Position numbers and translations under genes: made by a program. 64,000 bases of DNA from Tubulanus polymorphus (Eukaryota; Animalia; Nemertea): contig NC_134033.1 of assembly GCF_964204645.1 (NCBI RefSeq), positions 15,260,655-15,324,654 of the forward strand. The letters are read 5' to 3'. This document shows, piece after piece, positions 62,527 through 64,000 of this stretch. The notes under the pieces are model-generated. The model had not been told where the DNA came from. It was given only the letters and a program-made list of their open reading frames with translations, and did no database searches. The number at the start of each line of letters is the position of its first letter. The first letter of the stretch is position 1.

Positions 62527-62816
62527 GCATGCATGAATTCTGTCCACATTCGATTTAAAAACATTCTTTTTTCTTATAAAGTAAATTCTATAAGTCTAAC
62601 AATTCTATTCTATATATGCATGTATATATTGAAATATTAGTTAACATAGGCTAAATATGTCTACGTTCCCTAATGCTTGAATTCTTAGAAAAGCGCTGAA
62701 TAGAAGCACATTTTATTATCATCATTATTTTCATCATTGATATTAGTATTATTTATCGTAGCAATTAAGCCAAACCCAGTTTTGGTGTATGTAGGATTTT
62801 GTACTGAGGTGCCATC

Positions 62817-63290
62817 CAAACACTAGGTATTGTTAGCACCGTCCCCGTTTACTCGGGGTGCCCTACAAACACTAGGTATTGTAAGCGCCGTCCCCGTTTA
62901 CCCGGGTCCTACAAACACTAGGTATTGTACGTAGTCCAATCTACTTTTCTTGTAACTTCTCTGTAACGAGCTCAGCTTTTTACATCTTTCCTCTCCTCTC
63001 TGTCATTTCTCTTTTCTCTCTCTCTTTCATCTGGTGCCTGCGCTAGCGGCCTACAAGGCTTTGCAAGGCCCACATGAAAAAGCACAATACAATGTTGCAA
63101 ATTTATATATTTTTTCTCTTTTTTGAATCGTTTACTTGTAATAATGTTACGTTTTTTTGTGAAAATAAATTGATATTGAAATTGAAAAAATTGTGAGCTT
63201 ACAGGGGCGCTCCATATTTTGGACGGTACCCAGGCGCCGTTGAAATTGAAAAATTGTGAGCTTACAGGGGCGCTCCATATTTTGGACGTT
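62817..63290. repeat. Two short tandem duplications
   Basis: CAAACACTAGGTATTGT x3 (~50 bp unit), and TTGAAATTGAAAAATTGTGAGCTTACAGGGGCGCTCCATATTTTGGACG x2. Confidence 0.8.
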
Positions 63291-64000
63291 TCCACGGTGC
63301 AGAGGAGTCGTTCACGCGATAAATTGAGAAAAAAAAACGAATATTTCGATCCTTTGACGTCTCTTCAAAGCGGGGGTTTGTGTCAACTGATTTATAATCC
63401 ATAATCTTCTCAGTGTGGATACGAAATGATGAAATTCTATCTGGAAATTTCACGGCGAAGGTGATGATCCTTGTGAAGTAAAACCCGCTCTGAAAAGCAA
63501 TTTACTTAAAAGGTAAATCTGCTTTTCAAGGATACACGAAAAATCACGCTTTTGAACGATATCTCAAAGGTGTCAACACAAAACACTACTCATTAGGGTT
63601 TCAAACCCATTTGTGTCAAGATTTCCATCCTTTGTTGACGTTTCTATTCATAGCAACCGTCGTCAAAAGCAACGGCAACAATACGGTTTTATACGTTTCA
63701 TTGTTGGTTTTGTGTTGCTTAGAAGCACGCGAAATCCGCGCTGCTTCCGTTCGTAGCGTGCGAATGCACCGACTTTCCGTTACCGAAAATGTCATCTCAT
63801 TTTTACCGAAGGGTCAAGGTCAACCAGTGCTGTTTTAAGTAATTATTGAAAGAGAAGCAAAAAAAAACGAAATTCTTTAAATTTTAGCCTAAAATTTTCG
63901 ATTGGTCTACACGATTTTGGAATTCTCTTCGTTCGTTTCAATCAGAATATATATACCGATTTTTGAATATCATAATCGGTAAACCTGATAGAAGCGACCG

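Overview
Animal (invertebrate-like; CpG not visibly depleted) genomic DNA forming a gene desert around one intronless protein-coding gene, a group-B2 Sox HMG-box factor (Sox21/Sox14-like, + strand 30917-31801). It also holds one intron-containing tRNA-Tyr(GTA) gene with two non-canonical positions and a duplicated 3' half. The remainder is putative cis-regulatory DNA (Sox-site clusters, a duplicated octamer module, a core promoter) interspersed with repeats: at least three PIF/Harbinger-type MITE families, a Tc1/mariner-type MITE, MITE-derived and other satellites, long (GA)/(TCTCCC)/(CTG) tracts, and truncated LINE ends. The long ORFs other than Sox and one LINE remnant are repeat artefacts, and I recognise no domain in the short ones. 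The two most interesting signals: (1) about ten short-stem-III hammerhead-ribozyme motifs of the Penelope-like-element type. Two have intact cores, several sit in long inverted repeats, most share a downstream GTGGGATT motif, and one ~170-190 bp tandem unit appears to carry hammerhead-like cores on both strands. (2) Two facing tandem-repeat arrays of CTCF-like motifs at 9.7-11.7 kb, with further clusters on the other side of the Sox gene. All calls were made by eye, without searches.
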